A stretch of DNA of 64,000 bases, from positions 969,226 to 1,033,225 of the forward strand of contig BPJB01000001.1 of NCBI GenBank assembly GCA_026004395.1. The letters are read 5' to 3'. Every line of letters starts with the position of its first letter. The stretch's first letter is position 1. Under the pieces are notes generated by a model, which searched no databases, was not told the origin of the DNA, and was given only the letters and a program-made list of their open reading frames with translations. The DNA comes from Patescibacteria group bacterium. GTDB lineage: Bacteria > Patescibacteriota > Microgenomatia > Levybacterales > UBA12049. This document shows positions 60,238 through 64,000 of the stretch, in pieces. The translations under genes and the position numbers were made by a program.

Positions 60238-62121
60238 TTATGCCATACCCTTTGCCTTTATGGGAGCAGGTACAACTTTTGGTCCTATTAGTTTGACAAA
60301 ATCATCTGCATCCAAAGTCTCCTTTTTAATCAATGCATCAGCTAAAATATCAAGCTTCTCTCGTAGCTGTTTGAGTACACTAACGGCATTCTGATAACTT
60401 GTATCAATAATCTTTTTTACTTGCTCATCAATCTTAGCTGCCATTTCCTCTGATATCTCTGATTGCTCATAAAGAGTTTTTGGATCTGATTCAAGATTTA
60501 GTGGTCCAAGATCGCTCATTCCCCACTGTATTACCATTGCTCGAGCGACTTTAGTTGCTTTCTCAATATCATTTGCTGAACCGGTAGTTACTTCACCAAA
60601 GACCAAATCCTCTGCCGCTCTACCCCCTAACATTACTGCTATTTGTTCAACAAGACGGCTCTTGGTCTCATGAACTCTTTCCATTGGTTCCATCATTGTG
60701 TGCCCAAGACTCATTCCGCGTGAAACAATGGATATGCGATGAACTGGATCCATATGCGGCATATGCCAAGATACCAATGCATGTCCTGCCTCATGATAAG
60801 CTGTCATGCGTTTGTCCTCATCGGACTGAAGACGACGTTTTTCAGGTCCAAGCTTGACTTTTGTAGCTGCCTCTTCAAGATCAGACATATCTATGGCTTT
60901 TTTGTTTAGTCTTGCAGCTAGAATTGCTGCCTCATTAAGCATATTCTCAAGATCAGCTCCCGAAAACCCAACAGTACGTTTGGCTACTTTTTCCCAATCT
61001 ACATCTTTGGTGAACGGCTTGCCTTTTGCATGGATAGCAAGAATTGCTTTTCTACCCTCAATATCAGGAAGATCAAGTAGTACTCGTCTATCAAATCTAC
61101 CAGGGCGAATAAGAGCTGGATCTAAAACATCTGGCCTATTGGTTGCAGCAATAACAACAATATTTTCATTAGGAGTAAACCCATCCATCTCAACAAGGAT
61201 TTGATTGAGTGTTTGCTCGCGTTCATCGTGTCCTCCCATGATTCCCATTCCGCGCTGACGGCCAATAGCATCAATTTCATCTATAAAGATAATTGCTGGC
61301 TGAGCTTTTTTGGCTGTATTAAACAGATCTCTTACTCTTGATGCTCCTACACCAACCAGCATCTCCATAAACTCTGATCCTGCCATGGAGAAAAAGGCGA
61401 CTCCTGCCTCTCCTGCGGTAGCTCTTGCTAGCAGTGTCTTCCCTGTGCCACTTGGCCCTACCATAAGCACACCCTTAGGTGTTCTAGCTCCCATAGCTTT
61501 GTACTTCTGAGGATTTTTGAGAAAATCTACAATCTCCGAAAGCTCTTGTTTTGCTTCATCAACTCCTGCAACATTGGCGAATGTGACTTTAGGATTATCT
61601 TTGCTGTAAAGCTTTGCCCGAGATTGGCCAAAGGAGAAAATACTCTCTTGCGTTCCGCGTGCTTGTCGGAAGAGAAAATAGAAAAAAGCAATCATCAAAA
61701 GCACAGGCAACACAGCTCCAATAAGGTTGATCCAGTTGTTCATTCCAGCCTCGTCTTTAATAGTTACTTGAATGTTACGATTAGCGAGTGATGCTCCTGC
61801 GTTTTCAAAAAGTGAATAAACATCTGCGGATGGTTCTTTAAATGTTTGCACCTTCTCACCATTTTCTTTGGTAACAATCAATTTGTCTCCCTCTACTATA
61901 ATTTCATCGACCTTGTTGCGTTTAACATCTTGAATTACCTCCGAAAGAGGAACTCTTTGCCCGTCATTTACAGGCGTGCTAAATGCACTAAAAATCAATA
62001 GTGAGAAAAGAATAAGAAATCCGTAGAGAAGAACATTCTTCCAGGAATTCTTTACGTTCAGTTTTACTATTTTTTGTTTTCTTCCTGAAGAAGATCCATT
62101 TTTTTTGCTGCTCATAGCCAT
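60238..62121 (-). CDS. ftsH: ATP-dependent zinc metalloprotease FtsH
   Basis: Two TM helices, [20 protein letters not shown]. Confidence 0.98.
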   Translation of the reverse strand: MAMSSKKNGSSSGRKQKIVKLNVKNSWKNVLLYGFLILFSLLIFSAFSTPVNDGQRVPLSEVIQDVKRNKVDEIIVEGDKLIVTKENGEKVQTFKEPSADVYSLFENAGASLANRNIQVTIKDEAGMNNWINLIGAVLPVLLMIAFFYFLFRQARGTQESIFSFGQSRAKLYSKDNPKVTFANVAGVDEAKQELSEIVDFLKNPQKYKAMGARTPKGVLMVGPSGTGKTLLARATAGEAGVAFFSMAGSEFMEMLVGVGASRVRDLFNTAKKAQPAIIFIDEIDAIGRQRGMGIMGGHDEREQTLNQILVEMDGFTPNENIVVIAATNRPDVLDPALIRPGRFDRRVLLDLPDIEGRKAILAIHAKGKPFTKDVDWEKVAKRTVGFSGADLENMLNEAAILAARLNKKAIDMSDLEEAATKVKLGPEKRRLQSDEDKRMTAYHEAGHALVSWHMPHMDPVHRISIVSRGMSLGHTMMEPMERVHETKSRLVEQIAVMLGGRAAEDLVFGEVTTGSANDIEKATKVARAMVIQWGMSDLGPLNLESDPKTLYEQSEISEEMAAKIDEQVKKIIDTSYQNAVSVLKQLREKLDILADALIKKETLDADDFVKLIGPKVVPAPIKAKGMA

Positions 62122-62281
62122 ATGATTTTAAGGAGTATAGCATATGCAACGTTTTGATGCTACTCCCTATGAGAGGATAAAAAATTAATTAATAACATTC
62201 TGACATTTTCCAAGACTTCTTAATAAATATGAAAACACTTGCAGAGAATATGGATGAGTAGTATCGTAAATGATAGAGAAT

Positions 62282-63814
62282 ATGCTTGCTAAAGTCTTCT
62301 CAGCTGCAGTTGTCGGTCTTGATGCAGTACCTGTTGAGGTAGAAGTAGATATTGCATCTTACGGACTTCCCTCTTTCACAATAGTCGGTTTACCGGATAA
62401 AGCAGTTGAGGAAGCAAAAGAGCGTGTACGCTCAGCCATTAAAAACTCAGGGGCTGAATTCCCTGCAAAAAGAATCACTGTTAATCTTGCACCTGCTGAT
62501 CTTCCCAAAATTGGACCCTCGTACGACCTGCCTATTGCTCTTGGAATTCTTCTTGCTTCAGGACAACTGCAAACTAAAATAGACAATGCTATTATTGCCG
62601 GAGAATTATCACTTGATGGAACAGTCAGGCCCATAACAGGCGCTCTTCCTCAGGCACTACTTGCTCAACAAAAGGGGTTCACTAAATTTTATCTTCCCAA
62701 AGATAATGCGGATGAAGCCAGTATCGTATCTCAATTAACTATTTATCCTATCCATTCGCTTCGGGATCTTTTTCTTCATCTTACCAACCAACTACCCCTT
62801 TCCCCTCAGCCATATACTTCTTTTGACAATTATCAAGATGAAGCCTCTTATGAGTTTGATATGCAAGATATCAAGGGCCAACAATTAGCAAAAAGGGCTC
62901 TTGAGATCGCAGCAGCAGGCGGCCACAACATCTTAATGAAAGGACCCCCAGGAGCAGGAAAAACACTCCTTGCCAGAACACTGCCATCTATACTTCCTCA
63001 TCTCTCCTTTCAAGAAGCTCTAGAAGTAACAAAAATCTACAGTATTAGCGGACTATTGAAGAAAAAACTGATTACTACACGTCCCTTTCGCTCACCTCAT
63101 CACACTACATCACTTGTTGGACTTATAGGTGGCAGCAGCAATCCTCAACCGGGGGAGATAACTCTTGCTCACCGAGGTGTGCTTTTCTTGGATGAGTTGC
63201 CTGAGTTTCCTCGACAAGTGCTTGAGACATTGCGCCAACCTTTAGAGGACGGTATCGTGCATATTGCTCGTGCCAACAACAAAATTTCTTATCCAGCAAA
63301 GTTTATCTTTGTTGCAGCATGTAATCCCTGCCCATGTGGATACTTTGGAGATACTACCAAAAACTGTACTTGTTCGCCTCTTTCTATTCAACGCTACCAA
63401 AGAAAGCTCTCAGGACCTCTTATTGATCGTATTGATATCCATATTGACGTACCTCCAGTCAAAGTTTCTGAGTTGACTCATACTGATTCTCATCAAGCAG
63501 AATCTTCAGCTACTATTCGCGAGAGAGTGCACAATGCTAGAAAAAGGCAATCTGAGCGATATAGTAAAACAACATTTCTGACAAACTCTGATCTTAGCTC
63601 AAAAGCAGTCAAAGAGTTTTGTCCTCTTACTCCTGAGGCTCTCAGGCTTTTACAAAAGGCAGTGGAAACGCTAAAACTCTCAGGAAGAGCTTATTACCGC
63701 ACAATTAAGTTAGCGCGAACAATTGCTGATCTTGCAGAGAGTGATGAGATAGCTTTAGAACATATTGCAGAAGCCCTTCAGTATCGCCCGAAAATTGATT
63801 CTCTTAATTATTAA
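62282..63814 (+). CDS. comM: YifB/ComM Mg-chelatase-like AAA+ ATPase
   Basis: VGLPD..ERVRSA, NLAPAD, GPPGAGKT, RSPHH, NPCPCG. Confidence 0.93.
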   Translation: MLAKVFSAAVVGLDAVPVEVEVDIASYGLPSFTIVGLPDKAVEEAKERVRSAIKNSGAEFPAKRITVNLAPADLPKIGPSYDLPIALGILLASGQLQTKIDNAIIAGELSLDGTVRPITGALPQALLAQQKGFTKFYLPKDNADEASIVSQLTIYPIHSLRDLFLHLTNQLPLSPQPYTSFDNYQDEASYEFDMQDIKGQQLAKRALEIAAAGGHNILMKGPPGAGKTLLARTLPSILPHLSFQEALEVTKIYSISGLLKKKLITTRPFRSPHHTTSLVGLIGGSSNPQPGEITLAHRGVLFLDELPEFPRQVLETLRQPLEDGIVHIARANNKISYPAKFIFVAACNPCPCGYFGDTTKNCTCSPLSIQRYQRKLSGPLIDRIDIHIDVPPVKVSELTHTDSHQAESSATIRERVHNARKRQSERYSKTTFLTNSDLSSKAVKEFCPLTPEALRLLQKAVETLKLSGRAYYRTIKLARTIADLAESDEIALEHIAEALQYRPKIDSLNY

Positions 63815-63863
63815 GAATTGTTTGACAAGAATGTAATCCTTCGATTAAATGATAATACCTCTT

Positions 63864-64000
63864 ATGAGAAAACTCTTAACTATTATTGTCTATACATTTA
63901 TTATGCTTCTTGTTGGACGAAATCTAGTCATTCTTCCTCGTTTTGTTTTATTCACAAGTCCTCATGCTATCAAGACAGATCTAAAAAAAGAAACAGAACG
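63864..64000 (+). CDS. N-terminus of a membrane-anchored protein (partial)
   Basis: MRKLLTIIVYTFIMLLVGRN..., open to the right edge; TTGACA upstream. Confidence 0.6.
   Translation, partial: MRKLLTIIVYTFIMLLVGRNLVILPRFVLFTSPHAIKTDLKKETE

Overview
AT-rich, housekeeping-dominated chromosomal window. Gene content, intron-bearing rRNA and many lineage-specific ORFs suggest a Patescibacteria/CPR genome, probably Microgenomates (inference); genetic code 11 fits. It contains: (i) a surface/secreted block at 1-13.3 kb (two possibly related secreted proteins, a DUF11-like protein with a TPxTG tail, two GT-C membrane glycosyltransferases, a giant Pro/Thr-rich protein); (ii) three tRNA-Ala isoacceptors; (iii) rho, radA, rpsA, pth, recF, mutM, ftsH, a YifB/ComM ATPase, archaeal-type pyrH and ATP-dependent ligase, and an EndoQ-like nuclease; (iv) a minus-strand tRNA-Ala-23S-5S unit with no 16S, whose 23S carries two group I introns, each with a LAGLIDADG homing endonuclease; (v) a trxB/trxA/dsbA/dsbB/dsbA2/ZIP/zur redox-metal cluster. 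Best leads: a 23S group I intron whose 5' splice site apparently lacks the U-G wobble; a 1.1 kb intergenic region (19.9-21.05 kb) holding 11-bp-phased DnaA boxes, an unannotated 48-aa ORF, a convergent candidate sRNA and a 6S-like promoter-mimic hairpin; an unannotated 58-aa basic protein resembling archaeal CC1/DUF5679 chromatin proteins; and pervasive leaderless gene starts. No CRISPR array, transposase or integrase was seen. All calls are by eye; no searches were run.
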